Positions 1-15,750 of a stretch of 64,000 nt of DNA are shown one piece after another. The stretch covers positions 19,840,001-19,904,000 of the forward strand of contig CM022672.1 of NCBI GenBank assembly GCA_012295275.1, written 5' to 3'. The notes under the pieces were generated by a model, which made no database searches, had not been told where the DNA came from, and saw only the letters and a list, made by a program, of their open reading frames with translations. A program made the translations under genes and the position numbers. The DNA comes from Chrysomallon squamiferum (lineage: Eukaryota; Animalia; Mollusca). Numbering within the stretch: position 1 is the stretch's first letter; every line of letters starts with the position of its first letter.

Positions 1-720
1 GAATTACAAACAGAACATATATTAATCACAAAATGACAGATAAATATATAATACATAAACAGACAGACAGATACAAATTCACATTTCATTAACGGATTTT
101 GCTGAGGCTAAAACCTGAAGTTTACTTCTGGCGCGACAGATGGATAAAACAGCTTATCACAGAAAACAGCAGGAAATTTAGCTGAAGTATAATCGAAGTG
201 AAAACTGAAATGAAGTTCTCAGAACAAGGTAAATGGCGAGAATGGCGACGGTGAAAAAAAAAATGAAAAAAAAAAAAAAAAAAATATTTCTCATTTCCCC
301 GTACTACTTGTTGTGTTATTTGTGAAGTGCGCCTGCTGGAAATGTGCTGGTACAAAATGACAGGTCTGGTAATTTGACGAGGGAAATGAAGTCATGTTGA
401 TGAAAGTGAAATTTGCTTCAAATGGAGAAGAATTCGTGCTAGCTGATGTGGACCTGTTTTAAAACTCGGACAAGATGTAGAAATTGATGCGATGATCGAG
501 CTCGTGTCTCTCTACAACTTTTGTCTGTGCACAAAATCTGGTTTCCTGTGCGAACTGACGTCTCGAGTGTTTGAGGTTTTTGTACGATGTTTCTGTATGC
601 AAAATAAAGATCTTTTAAAATAAATGGTCTTTGGTCGATCGCATTTTGGTTTTCGTTTAATATTACAGTTCCTGCTGTTTCTGTTGTTGTTGTAGAAGAC
701 TACGACAACAGTGATAATTA

Positions 721-775
<55 letters not shown>

Positions 776-1054
776 GCTTAAATTATTTACTTGAAAAATA
801 TATAAAAAAAATATATATTCCACAAACTGACATTAATTTTTATAATTAATTATTTTTTTTCGCAATTAAAATTCAGTTGAGAGTTAGTCGATATGGAAGC
901 AGAGATGAAGAAAACGGAAAACTATCGTGAACCCGGCAAAGGACAGACCGAGATGCTGTAAGGTTCACCAAGCGTGACACACAAAGAATACGACGATGAA
1001 GATAATCGATACGATAGGGTTTTTTTCTTCTTTTTTTATTTTCCTTCTTTTTTA

Positions 1055-1085
<31 letters not shown>

Positions 1086-1717
1086 AATAAAATATTCGAA
1101 AGACGAGTTTATTATTATTAATTTTTTTTTATAATCCACTTTGAAAAGCTAAAAATGTCAAAAAAAAAAAAAAAAAAATGCATTAGTTTCATAAACTTCA
1201 AACAGAAACTGTCTTGTTGCTTTATTGCTGTTAAACGTTTATTACTGAGATTGATCATATGGTTTGACAAAATTCCTAGCTTAACATCTCTTGTATTATA
1301 TAATGCATTTTAATCGCATTGTATTAGTTTGTGTTTTTAGTAATGTTATTCTGCTCAATATATCTTCTAATCATAAACCATGAAATCCTAGCTCAACAGA
1401 GTTTATTTGAAAAATCGAATATATTCGGAAAACAATTTCAATTTATTAATTTAATTTATAAAAACCAGTTACTAGTTTATTTATGTAAATTAACTTATTA
1501 CATGTAATTTATCGTCATTTTATATATTTATTTATTTATTTATTTATAATTATTAATTTATTTATTGAATACTGCGAATTTTAATAATTGTAATTATTTT
1601 TCTTTTTATGTTTATGTTGAATATTGGTTTATTAAATAATTGTCATGGTTTTTAATTTATTAAAATTCAACAAAACTAACAATCATTTACACACACACAC
1701 ACACACACATAAACATA

Positions 1718-1771
<54 letters not shown>

Positions 1772-4558
1772 TACAGACAGACAGACAGATAGAGTATATA
1801 ATATATTAATCAAACTATATTTTGCAGAAAGTAAATAAATTTCAACATAATAATCTATCATTGTATTCAAAACCTTCAACTGTTTTTGCGTTATTATTTT
1901 TAGGTTTCAGTGAACGCTGTTGGTGTACAATATCAAATCGTCATCTACGATTACAACTAGCGCTGTCTGATGTTTGTATATTAATCACAGATGTTAATTT
2001 ACTTGTTCATCTTCTCTTTACCCTGCAAGACGTGTTGTCCAATCAGCTGTCTTGGGATGACACACTGTTTGTTTTCTATAGTTTATAGACCTTTTTTTTT
2101 TCTTCTGGTATTTTTTTTTTTTTTTTTTGGAAGCACTCTAAGAATGTCCCAGAGTTGCGACATTCAGATGAGTGTTTGAACGTAACTGAATGTCAGTTTA
2201 ATGTTCGAGTACTGTCAGTATGTTGCTTTGGAATGAACAAGTGATTGAATCGATGAATTAACGAGTGAGTGGGTACGTTAATGAATTTATGAATCAATGA
2301 ATCGATCAGTGAATTAATTAATAAATAAATCCATGTTTTACGAAATTTCAATATTTTTTATTATTATTAAAATTGTTAGAATCTGTTATTAATGATGTTA
2401 ATATGAAAGTAGAATTCGAATCTGTTAATTCGTTGTGATTGTTCTTATCTGTTAACATAAAGGACTTTTCATCAGAGTGGAAAGGGAAATAGCAAAAATG
2501 TCACCATGATGAGAATATTCTGAAAATGTTACATACTTAGCCAGTCTAAACACTGAAGCAAGCTTTCTCGTTCGAACGCTTTGGAGCAGTAGATTTTGTA
2601 ATTTTCTTCTTATTCTGTGTAGACGTGGCACTAACAAACCGGACAACAACGTGACGTTGTAGTCTAATTATATAAACTAAAAACTTTATACAAAAGCCCG
2701 GCCCGCAATATATCTTATTTGAAACAACCAAAGCGTAATAATGCTTTTGTCTGCTTAGATCGACTTAAAATCTAATACCGAAGCCTATTCCAGATCCAAC
2801 TGCTGATCGGTTCATTCAAGCTGATAATAAAAAACACAGCATATCCACAAGCGTGTCTGCCCTGGACACCGTTAGATTGTTAGAGAGTCAGTTTACATAG
2901 CAGAGAAGGTTTGGCGGTATAAATCAACCTATTTCAGTTCTGTGCAGATGCTGTTAACACATGCTAGAATGCTCCAAGAGAGCCCAGACGTATCCTTGTC
3001 TTCAGTCAGTGAGTAAAAACAGAAACCGAAGCGTATTTTAGCAATCATAATATTTATTCTGCCACACTCTTTCTAATTAAACCTGCGTAATTTCTGTCCA
3101 GATTAACACAACAGCTTTATTTACAGAAGATGGAGTTTTATTTAATAGTCACAATCATCTTTAACCCACTTCGTTTCACTTGCAGCTTGTTAACGGCCGG
3201 ATTAATTGGTGTCGGGACCATCGTAAACAAGCCAAGCAACCCAAACATCGTGGACTGTCAGTTAAATCAGGGGATTTGCTAAGCTGGCGCCTTTGACTGA
3301 AAACATCGTCCGCTGCTTGTCTTTCTAATTGCGCGGCAAAGAAATAATTCAAACGAGCAACGGCTTAGCGAAGGAGAACGCCGATGTTACCAAGTAGTGA
3401 ACTGGAGTGATGTATAATGCTAAACTATTTCCTTACGTAATGTTTGCAAGCCATGGTATTTGACAGTGAATGATGAATGCTACATACAATTATGATGTAA
3501 TGACGAGACTGTAATAATGTAGTTTAAATCGATAATCGAATATTACGTAGAATAGTCTGAGAATACGTGAAGTGTAATACAGTATAATATGATACTCTGT
3601 AACAAGTATTTTGGAGTGTTGTGCAGTTTAACAAGTTATTCTGGGGTGTCATGCAGAAATGATAAGCTATAATGGAATACGGTACAAATTATTTTAGCGG
3701 AATTTACTTTGATTTTCCAATCGCGTAAACACCATGATCTTATGGATGATTAATATCTCCCTTCGTTTTGCCAAAGAAACCATTTAATACCACCACGGAT
3801 GCTATAGACAGCCTTTTAATACGCGCCTTTATTATCTACTGCCGGTTAATCACAGGAATTGGCAGCTATACTGGGATGTGTGTACTAATCAAATTTCGAA
3901 TAGCTTATGATACGCTCGCTAAATATTTTCATTAACGAAAAATTACCAGCAAGATACGCAATTTAGTGTACGATAAACGCGTCTAATGAATCAGAAATTG
4001 GTAGGTTACGTTCATTAATTTGTTTCGTTATTACCAGCTACGTATGTGGCCGATTTTTTTTTTTTTGATTTTTTGATTTTTTTTTTAACTATATAGACGA
4101 ATATGTAATGCATATGATGATAATTATATAATGACTTCTGAGAAATATTTATAGTAATGAAGTAAGTACATAAGTATTAACTAATAATTATTGACAACAG
4201 ACAAAAACAGAATGATCGAAATAGCGTGACTGCTACATATAAAGATAAAAGAGGTCTAATATATATTATGTAACTGTACAGCAAAACTCTATTTTCCGAT
4301 AGAGATGTTTCTCTGGTTAAGTCGCTTTCAAACAGAAAACTGCAAAACGCTTTAATGGGCTCGAATTTACGAAACCATTTTGCTGACGTATACATCATCA
4401 TGAATAGCGGCTCACTAGAGGTATATATTTGTTAGATTAATTTTAATGAATTAATCATATTCGCTAGTCAGTTTTTACAATTACGACCTGTCTGCTGATA
4501 AAATGTTTCATTAAAAAGTATATATATATATACACGTTTATATACACTTCTCTCTATG

Positions 4559-4658
<100 letters not shown>

Positions 4659-5023
4659 GTATGTATGTATGTCTGTGTGTATACAGTTTATCTATATAGC
4701 TGTCTAATCCAGAACTTTACTTTAAAATCAGATAAACTAAATGACAAATGATATAGCACTAAATGTTCCCATAAATCTGTCTTTATTAATTGTACATTAA
4801 CATGGTGAATGTACACACAGATTAATATACAATGATGATTGGAATTTTGGATGATGAGGAGATGTAATTGGTATTCTACGACTTAGTTAAAATGCTACAT
4901 TTGTTTTAGTCTGTTAGAAATTTGATGTAGTATATTTTAAGATGTTCACACTATCCATGACGTTACAGTTGTGAAGTCTTGGTTAGCATCTTTGTCTGTA
5001 TATCAATTGTTTTTGGAACATTC

Positions 5024-5145
<122 letters not shown>

Positions 5146-5647
5146 AAAAAAAATGATTATTATGATTATTGTTATTGTTATTGATGTTGTTGTTGTTGTT
5201 GTTGCTGCAGTTATTATTATTATAAATATTATTATTATTATTATATATAGTATTATTGTTGTTGAGTTTTTTTTTTTTTTTTTTTGTTATTATTAAAGTT
5301 TATTTTACTCTCTGTTAGATGTCTTCTGCATGCAATCTCTTCATTTCAAAAAACGAAATAAAAATCATCGGGCATGAAAACAAAAATCTATATTTCTTAT
5401 GCAATTCTCTGTGACACAGTCGAATAGCACTGTCTCCCCTAATTGTGATGCCGAAGCCAATAAGTGATAATTAAAACACAAATACAAGCGTTCGCCGAGC
5501 TTTCATCCGTCAAAACATCAAAATGTCGTGGACGATAGCGGAACAGATTCTTCCGGTAGAGGTATTTATTACTGTGATCAATACACGTGTTAATGATTAA
5601 GTTATTCCATTTTATGTACTGTCTGTAGCTTTTATGACGTTTTTCAT

Positions 5648-5689
<42 letters not shown>

Positions 5690-6130
5690 CTCTCACCGCT
5701 CATCCAATGCATGTGTTTTGGTATTAAATAAAAAGTCAGAGTTTGACTAACGTCGAGATTGTCGATGTTTAAAAACTGAAATAAAACAAGGATCTTGTTC
5801 TGGTTTTTTTTAACTCGTAAACCATATCGGTTCACAGGACATTAATCTTCAACACTGGATTTACGTTGGAAATAATGGCACGTGTTAGTGCACGTGCCGA
5901 TAGTGTCGCTGACCAGTCAATGAATATCTGATTAAGTGCTACATAAATAAATAATAATTAAATTGAAGCCGGTATATCTGCTAGAATATAATTATGCATG
6001 CATGCATGCATACATACATAGATAATTCAGACACAAACAGAGACCTACGAACAAACACACAATACATACATACATCCACAGTGGCAGATTATGGAAGTTT
6101 TCACACTTGCATGGAACACATCCTGGATAA

Positions 6131-6253
<123 letters not shown>

Positions 6254-7194
6254 AAATAAAGAAATAAAACTGATATTCACATGTGTGGACCCTCTTGTCT
6301 CCCTCATTCAAATACATCGATTGATAATAAAAAAAAATCTGCCTGGTAACCCTCACTGCCAGTGTGTCACAGGAAATATGATTGTTCCCTTTAGCTTATA
6401 AAATCGCGGTGAAAAACAACAAAAAAACAATTTGATATCTTGAGTGAAAACGGCGAGCAAGATACAAAAACAGTGTCCGATGAGGACGCTAAATTCCAGA
6501 GGATCAAAGCAAATCAAAAGTTTTTTTTTTTCCTTACTAGCCGAACTGACAAAACCAACAAAGGTAAGTAGTAGGTATTCCAAAACTCTTTTGTATTAGT
6601 GATCCGCCTTCCTTGTAAGTCATATTTTTACTAACGTTCGTGCATGAGTGTATATCTGTGCGTGTTTAAAATAATTTAAAAAAAAAAAAAATGAATACAA
6701 AATTAAATTATTTATCATTAATTTCGAACTTTTATTTGTTTGTTTTTTTCTTCTAAAATATCTCGTTTCCATAGACCAAATCTGTAATTTGTATAACGAT
6801 TATGTAAAATGTTGAAATAAAAATGTTCTTAAAATTATTTTTTAACGCATGATATAGACTGTGTATTTGTGTGCGAAAGAGCGTCGATGTGTCTGTGCAT
6901 GCATCAGAAAGAGTACAGGTATACACACGTAGTGTGTGAAAGAGAGTGTGCATGAGAGAGTGTGGGTATGTTTGTTTGTGGGTGAGAGAGAACGCGCATA
7001 TCTATATGTTCGTTAGAGAGAGTGGGTATGTATACGAATGTGAAAGGAGGAGTGGGTATATATATATACCTGCGTATGCGTATACGAAAGACAGTTGATG
7101 TATGTGCGTATGCATCAGAGGAAGAATAGGTATATACATAATAAGCTTAATATTAGAATTCATAATTATAATATAAATATAAATATAAATATAA

Positions 7195-7231
<37 letters not shown>

Positions 7232-7299
7232 TTGGCGAATTTGAGACACTGACATCGCTGTTCACCTATGTCTGCCGCTGAATAGTTGACAACGATAAC

Positions 7300-7830
7300 A
7301 GCAACCAGTGGGATGTGATGCCCTAACAAAGTGCCGAGGACTAAGGAGAAGGTCGATGAAGTAGACAGTCATATTAGAGCTGAACTGGATGTAAGCTTAA
7401 CAGCTTGGCGACAAGCACAGGGGAAGAGATAGCAATGCCAAGAACTGCAAAAATTTAGACAGAACCAGCAAGTTTGAAGAGGATTTCACTGTCATTTCTG
7501 GACTATTTTTCTGCTTGTTGAATTTAGCAGTCGCTTCAAGAATTCGCATCTTATCCATGATAGGCTAGTGCTTGTAGCACAAAAATCTCCCAAATGGTGT
7601 TCAAGGTTTGTCAATGCTGTGAATGAGTCCCAATCAGAATGTTATCGTTGGTGTGTTAAATAGTGAGTTGAGGTGCTGCACCCAGAATTTTTTCAGTCCC
7701 CGCTTCATGCTGCGACTGCTGTCCACTCTTCCAGTAACAAACGCTGGATTCGTGATGAGAATCAGAGGATACAGACATCTGAAAAGCTATCTCAGATCAA
7801 CAATAAAAACTGCATACATACACTGAAGTT
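7300..7830 (+). mobile_element. Decayed hAT-superfamily transposase relic (C-terminal dimerisation domain)
   Basis: LRLLSTLPVTNAG...YRHLKSYLRSTI resembles the hAT dimerisation motif L-x-T-L-P-V-T-x-A-x-x-E-R-S-F-S-x-L-x-x-L-K-x-Y-L-R-S-T. Upstream IAMPRTAK is also typical. Many stops and frameshifts. Confidence 0.75.
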
Positions 7831-7974
7831 GATGTGCCAACAGTCCTGGATTCATTCACTTTGAAATTAAAATCTGCATTCAAATATCCTACTAATCTAC
7901 TAATACGTGAATGAAGACAAGTAAATGTATTTAGTAGCACTGATGTACGCATCAGATTGAAACAGTTCACAATA

Positions 7975-8484
<510 letters not shown>

Positions 8485-8872
8485 ATATATCCTGTAAAAT
8501 TTATAATTTTAAATTATAATTTCGGTAACACATAATCTAAAGTATGATCCAACTATGATACGCATATAACATATCAAAACATAACATACCATAACGTAAC
8601 ACAACATAATATACACAAACGCTTGATGTGTATTTCTTAATCAAAACATTCTGTGATATAGGTCTGGAGAGTCAGACAATTGCCTCACTTCATACATACA
8701 TGTCAGCCGTTTTGTGTGAAGAAAATTGATTTTATTAGGGCGCCTACCGGTAATTATTAAAAGCAAGACGTGCACGTGACTGGAATGTCTGCTACCTCTA
8801 AATCAGTTGTGTAAACATAATGAATATATAAACAGATGGCGAGACCATGCAACTACTTAGAGAAAGGGTGAG

Positions 8873-9020
<148 letters not shown>

Positions 9021-9866
9021 AATAATAAAACAAGATATCGATATTTATTAATATAAATAGTAAACAACTGCATAAAGAATCAAGTTAAGTTAGGTGTGTA
9101 GTTTATTTATTTTTGTACATAATCTTGTTGTTTTTGTTATTTTTCTTACTGTCGATATTACATATATATATATATATATATATATGTTATTTTTCTTACT
9201 GTCGATATTACATATATATATATATTGGTTAGAGAGAGTCAGGGAAAGAGTTATTGATTTTCAGACGTTATGAGTGAAGAAAGCATAAAGTCAACCTTAT
9301 AAAGTATAATGATAATGGGTGCATGTTTGTGTGACCGAAAAACGGAGAGAGAGCCAGAGAGAAAACAGAGAAAAAAAATGGAGAACGAAAGGAGAGACTG
9401 AAGAGTTAGTGACAACAACGTCAAAGATATACAAAACAAACAAACAAACAAAAAAAATACACACTGAGTGTGAAATAGAGAAACGAGAAAGAGAAACGAA
9501 AAAAAAAAAACAAACAGAAAATGACGTTAGGTTTCCATTTTACTGTTTATTTTGATACCGAGCACTGACTGACAGAAAACACTTATTTTAGAAACCCTCG
9601 CTGCAGCGACGAAGAACATCAAAGAAAGGTAGAAAAAAGAGAGACGTTTAACGACATCTTTACACATGCTTCTAATTGTGGCTACTGGAAGTCAAAAATT
9701 ACTATCGGTCGTTTTTCTTTGATACCTCTCAAGTGACCCTACGGAGATAACTCACAGGGCCTATGGATTCAGACCCAACGGCGAGCTTCAGTGAGTCAAG
9801 TTTTGTCTAAAGATAGAGAAACAAATGTCTGTACTTTATCAGTTTGGAATTATGTTGTGTATTCAA

Positions 9867-9985
<119 letters not shown>

Positions 9986-10389
9986 TTTCTGTTTATATGT
10001 CTATCTGTAGTTCTCGCTTCCACGCGTCTATATCGTTAAAATTCAGGATCAGCTGCCTGGATGAAATGAATACGATTATCAATTCTGATTATCAATAACA
10101 TTCACAAACATGATAAAGTATCCTTTGTGACGCTGATAGATCTGAAATGAAACTTCTTTACGGACTAGTTATTAAACAAAGCTAATTTTATTCCTAATAA
10201 AAGCATTACTTACACTGTACAGTCTGTTTATTAGCGATCATCGATATTACTTTATCTCTTACCGTACAATTCCTAATTAACGTCTTTTATATCTTTGATA
10301 TAAATAACGATTATGTGTTAGTCATTCCCGCTTCATTTTAAATAACAATAAACACCATTACCCTTCACCATCTAAATACGTATGTGCGT

Positions 10390-10427
<38 letters not shown>

Positions 10428-11030
10428 AATATAAATAACCAGGCGAAATATTTGCTGCTATGGATATGACTGAAAGAGGTTGTAGTTGTTGTTGCTGACG
10501 GTATTCTCTATATGATTATGGCAGTGTTCAAGAATATTTTGTGTCAGTATCAGACTCCATGACAACTGTATTGATCTGAGTGACAATGTACAAGTGCTTC
10601 TCTTTCTTCTCTCTGCCATTCTTTCCTCATATCTCTGTCCCTCCTTTTCTCCAGATGTTTGTATCTTTAGACGGTCTCAAAAGGAAATTAGAATGTGAAA
10701 AAAACCCGGACCTATTTGATCTTTCACAGTGACCATTGTTGTTACAATCACTATAATATTTTTCTAATTCCAAGTTTTTTGTGTGTGTATTTCCATTTTA
10801 GAATGTTTGTCATTAAACTTTTAGCAGCGGGATAAAGAGGGGAAAAAAAAACCAAACAACAAACTGCATGGAAATAAGTTTGTGTGTCTTGGGAAATAAA
10901 TCAAAACCTGCTTACGTCAAGAAGATGTTTACAGGGATCTGCTACTCGGAACGTGTTTATGTGCAAAGCCAGATATTTATCTCTCTTTTTCTAAATTTAA
11001 TTTTATATTTTTTAAAATGTTTTTTTTTTA

Positions 11031-11061
<31 letters not shown>

Positions 11062-11417
11062 GTCTTCTTTAAAAAGACTTGTAAAAAGATGACTTTGCTC
11101 TCGGTCAGTGATAAAACGGCGTCGTGAGGCGCGAAAGGTTTCGAGATCAGTCCCTTTAAAGAAGCGGGTTGATCAGTTTTCCTTTCTAGCCAGTGTTTGA
11201 TGAATCGTTTATAAAATGGTTTATGTCTTCTACATTTTTTCTGTCCATGGGAAAGTGCTGCTAAAAGCAGTTCTGTGAGTTGGTGGCAGTAGGGTTCCTC
11301 TTTCATACGTTGATATCAAGATAACTGACTGATTCGAAATAACGGCTAGTATCAAAAATATGCTGTTCATCAAATATTTAATACATTTTTAGATACATTA
11401 CTTCTCTTTGTATCTGC

Positions 11418-11462
<45 letters not shown>

Positions 11463-11487
11463 CGCTAATATATTTACTGACTTCAAA

Positions 11488-11751
11488 TATTAAAATAACA
11501 AGTAGTAAATTTCTCAACTGATTCTTCAAACGAAATTGTTAAAAAAACAAAACAAAAACCCATCACGCGATAGATTTCTTTACAATCAAGTAACCATCAC
11601 GTACGTCTAAACATTCCTGTTAAAACATTAAAATAACAAACAGTTGAATTTCTCAGCTGACTGTTGAAACGGACCGTTAAAAACGTTTCAGCGACAGATT
11701 TCTTTACAAATTACGCAACCATCACGTACGTATAAACACTTCTGTTACAAC
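11488..11751. repeat. Diverged direct duplication of a ~130-bp unit
   Basis: ATTAAAATAACAA...TTTCTCA.CTGA...AGATTTCTTTACAA...AACCATCACGTACGT.TAAACA occurs twice (11488-11626 and 11627-11751). Confidence 0.8.
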
Positions 11752-12150
11752 TGGTTTAACTCCGCTGACGTATCGCTCGCTTCCCTCGCATGACGTTCCG
11801 TCCCTTGGCGTGCCTCTTCAAACAAACCAGTTTACAATTTCATGTTAACGTCAAATCAAGTGACGTGGCGTCCGCGATACGTTTGTAAAGATGTCAATAT
11901 TTTCGTTGATAAGGATTCTTCTTCTTCCGTACATGCCACTGCCAACCAGACATGTTGTCAGCTGGAACAAGCGCGGCTCGTCTTCGCCTCACACCAGCAC
12001 GTGCCGTCGTGTCAGACGGAATCGAGCAGACGACAAGACTTCGTTAAGGCTGTTACAGAAACATTCTTCTCTGAACCCGTCTTTTCATTTAGTGAGAACG
12101 TTAAATGTTTTCACTTCAGCGATTGTCTGCACAAAGATATATATAAATAA

Positions 12151-12197
<47 letters not shown>

Positions 12198-12199
<2 letters not shown>

Positions 12200-12907
12200 G
12201 CGGTGCCTTGACTTACGAGTTTAATTCGTTCGGTGACCGAGCTACTAACTCAGTTTGATCGTATATCAAATCAGTTTTCTAAACTGAAATTAACAGAAAT
12301 ACCATTAATTCGTTCTAGCCTTCCCCAAAAAAAACCCCATTTTTTTTGTTTTGTAACGTGTTTATAAATAAGAAAAATGTATTTATAAATGACAAATATT
12401 GTATAAAAATAAAATAAAAGAGAATGTAAAGAAATAAACTGGTTTTGTAAAGTGTATTTATCTTGCAGATCAGACAAATTATTTTAACGCCTTTGGCTGG
12501 AGTTACAGCCTTTATCGACTTCTGTTTCAGTATGGTTCATATCGTAAAAGTACTACGTTTCTACTGCCTAGCCAAGTCGACTACACGCACACCTCGCTCA
12601 TGTTTTTCTATGAGTTCATGGTTTATTTCAATGGATATCATCCGCTTCTTCTTCTCAGCACTGTCCTTTGTTCTCACTTTCTTATGATCCATGGTCAGAA
12701 AAATAAATTTGGCAAAATACTGCACAAAACAACAGAGATGCTTCATCGGCGATAAACACGTGAAGTAAACGAGTGAGACACGGGATTCTGGGCCGACGTT
12801 GTATTGTTCGTTTGCGCCAGCTAGTGGCGGTGTATCTGAAGCTCGCTCGTAACTCGGATTTTGCCTCGCAACTGAATACGAAACATCGACCGGGCGAGGT
12901 ACCACTG
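12198..12907 (-). mobile_element. Non-autonomous Tigger/pogo (Tc1/mariner) DNA transposon, copy 1
   Basis: Ends are CAGTGGTACCTCG (minus strand, TA flank at 12908-12909) and a decayed CGGCGGTGCCTTGACTTACGAGT. Carries a broken CENP-B/psq-type HTH: KKKRMISIEINHELIEKHERGVRVVDLARQ*KRST...TILKQK. Colinear with 51123-51859. Confidence 0.9.
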
Positions 12908-13140
12908 TATATATAATACAAACACCTGTGACAGACCGACAGACAGACGATATAGATGCATACATACATATGTTTATAAACAGACATATATACTTTTACT
13001 GTACTTTTATTGTATTTACAATGATAATTTTAAATATGTATATTCTCATTACTGTGGTTGTCTAAACAGAGAAATATGTATATAATACAGACTTTCACTC
13101 GTACGGATATGTGATTATTAATGATAGACAGACCCATGTC

Positions 13141-13337
13141 CATACATATACATATATATACACATACATACATACATACATACATACATACATACATACA
13201 TACATACATACATACATACATACATACATACATGCATTCATACATACATACATACATACATACACACATACATGCATTCATACATACATACATACATACA
13301 TACACACATACATACATGCATTCATACATACATACAT
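13141..13337. repeat. (TACA)n microsatellite
   Basis: Read directly. Confidence 0.95.
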
Positions 13338-13829
13338 AGCTAGGAATTTGTTTCAGATTATATGAAAATATGCATACATGAGTGCGTGCGTTGATTACTG
13401 CATACAATAAGTATTTTGAGTAAAACAAAATAACGTCATAAATGAGATATATAGATATAATACAGTATATTTAGAAATTTGAAGAAAAAAAAACACACAC
13501 ACACACCACCACCACCACCACCACCACCACCACCACCACACACACACACAGACATACACATAGACACAAATAACTAGCACATGGAAATATTCATAGGTGA
13601 AGGGAAGTAACTCCAGTTTCCAAGATTTGTTTTCTTCTTCTTTTCTTTCTCGTTTTGTAAGTTCTGAATAGGCTTTTTCTAATCAGTGGAGATCATAAGA
13701 ATATTTATTCAGTCTTTCGTTTATTAATTAATTCACTGTATTTGGATCTGTGTGTATTTGTGCTTGTGTATTTATACAGCTATAGGCAGGTAGTCAGACA
13801 GGCAGATAAGATAAGAAAACTATATATGT

Positions 13830-13922
<93 letters not shown>

Positions 13923-14386
13923 ACACACAAACCAACCACAAAAAAGATAAGAAGTAAAAATAAATGAAAATAAATAAAGAAAAACAAAAAAGCCTTAATA
14001 ACAAAAAAAATATTACCAGATAAACAAAAATAGTCGATATTATTATTCTTATTATTATTCGATGCTCAGTCATATCGATTACGAGTTGTTCTCCAAAATA
14101 ATTAATTTGATTGTTTGTTGGGTTTTTTTTAAAAGGAAAAGGTTTATATATAATTTTTAAAAATTGCGTCGTTCAGTTCCTGTACTGCACAGTCCATGCT
14201 CTATTTCGGTTTCAAACGCAATATTATGTAAAGCAAAATTGTTAAGCAGACAATGCTTATTATAAATTTTATAACGAGCATATTATGTTTTATTTACATC
14301 AATCAATGAACTCAATATGTTTTAGGAGAAAACAGATATTTAAAGTTTCTCATAGCCCTGGCCTATTTACGTTTTGTGACTGTTCT

Positions 14387-14429
<43 letters not shown>

Positions 14430-15687
14430 CATGTGATTGCTCTTGTTGTTAATCCGGATTTTTGAGTGTTTCTTGATGTTCTAAATATTGAACAAATTTT
14501 TAGTTTACAATTACATTGCCTCAAAAATGTCGATAAAGATTTTCCAGCAGAAGAAAAAGGAAAAGGTTTCCGCTGTGTGATTCATTATTATTTTTAGATG
14601 ACTAGCAAAGCGTCATACAAAGAACAGTTCAAATTCGATAAAAACGAATAAACTACTGGGTATCATACAAACAAATTTGCATACGAATGGTATCTATAAA
14701 ACTGTAATGTTATATAATGCAAATTTATTTTAAATATCATATATACCCTGTACCTTGATATTCTGTAGTTTAATTTTTGTCTGTTTTTATTTTTTTATTT
14801 TTTATTTTTTGTTTTTTGTTTTTGCTTTAAGAAATATTAAGTGATAAGGGAGAATCAAATTAGGACTAAGGTGGTTTTGAGTTTCACAGACACACTCGCA
14901 CACATGCACATATACATCATACACACATACATCCATACACAGATACAAATATACATACGTACTTACTTACATAGACATACGTACATAAATAAGCCTTTTG
15001 TAGTCTTTTTGTTGTATTTTATTATTGTTTTGGCTTTTCTTTTTTTCTTTTCTTTTTTTTCCCCCACAAAAGACACCAACCCCTATAATAATAAAATTAA
15101 ATTAACTTTAAATTTGCTACATTACTAGAAATGAATCAATATATATATATATATATTATTATTATTTTTTTTTTTTTTAATGATATTTTAATATTGATTA
15201 ATAGCAGTTAGCTTTCAGAGACGATGATACTGAGAATGGAAAACCACTGTCGTCATTATCTGAGCTACTCCTTTTGTTTTCAAATAACAGGAAATCTCAC
15301 AAAAATCACTTTCTAATAAACAATGAACTGGGCACACCAAACCGCAGTCTTTTAAAATTCAAACTGTGCTTTACCGTTGAGATACTGCCAGCTGTGGATA
15401 CACTGTAGAATATTTATTAAATATAAATTTAAATATGAAACCAGAAGTCGATATAAATTGAAGTATAGTGTGTCTGGAATACATTATAATTTAATTATGT
15501 CTCGGTGCAAAAAGAAATTAAGCTGTCAAAGAAAACAAGATTTAAGGATATTAACAACCAACACCGAAACCGCAACCAGTTAATAAAAACTAATAATATC
15601 TGGCAGAATATTACAAGAATTGAATTACTCTGATTGTGTGATTTCATTTTAATATACAGACTGGTAAATAGCCATATCTTGTTTTTG

Positions 15688-15750
<63 letters not shown>

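Noticed and set aside
893-961. Short purine-rich ORF MEAEMKKTENYREPGKGQTEML
   Set aside because: Only 22 codons, with no clear splice sites or family match.
11028-11306. 92-aa minus-strand ORF MKEEPYCHQLTELLL...
   Set aside because: No recognisable motif, it runs into a poly-A tract, and I found no supporting splice partners. It cannot be fully excluded without expression data.
12561-12965. 134-aa ORF as a TIGD/CENP-B host gene
   Set aside because: It lies between TIRs, has stops right after the HTH, lacks the DDE domain and has a second decayed copy, so it is a transposon relic.
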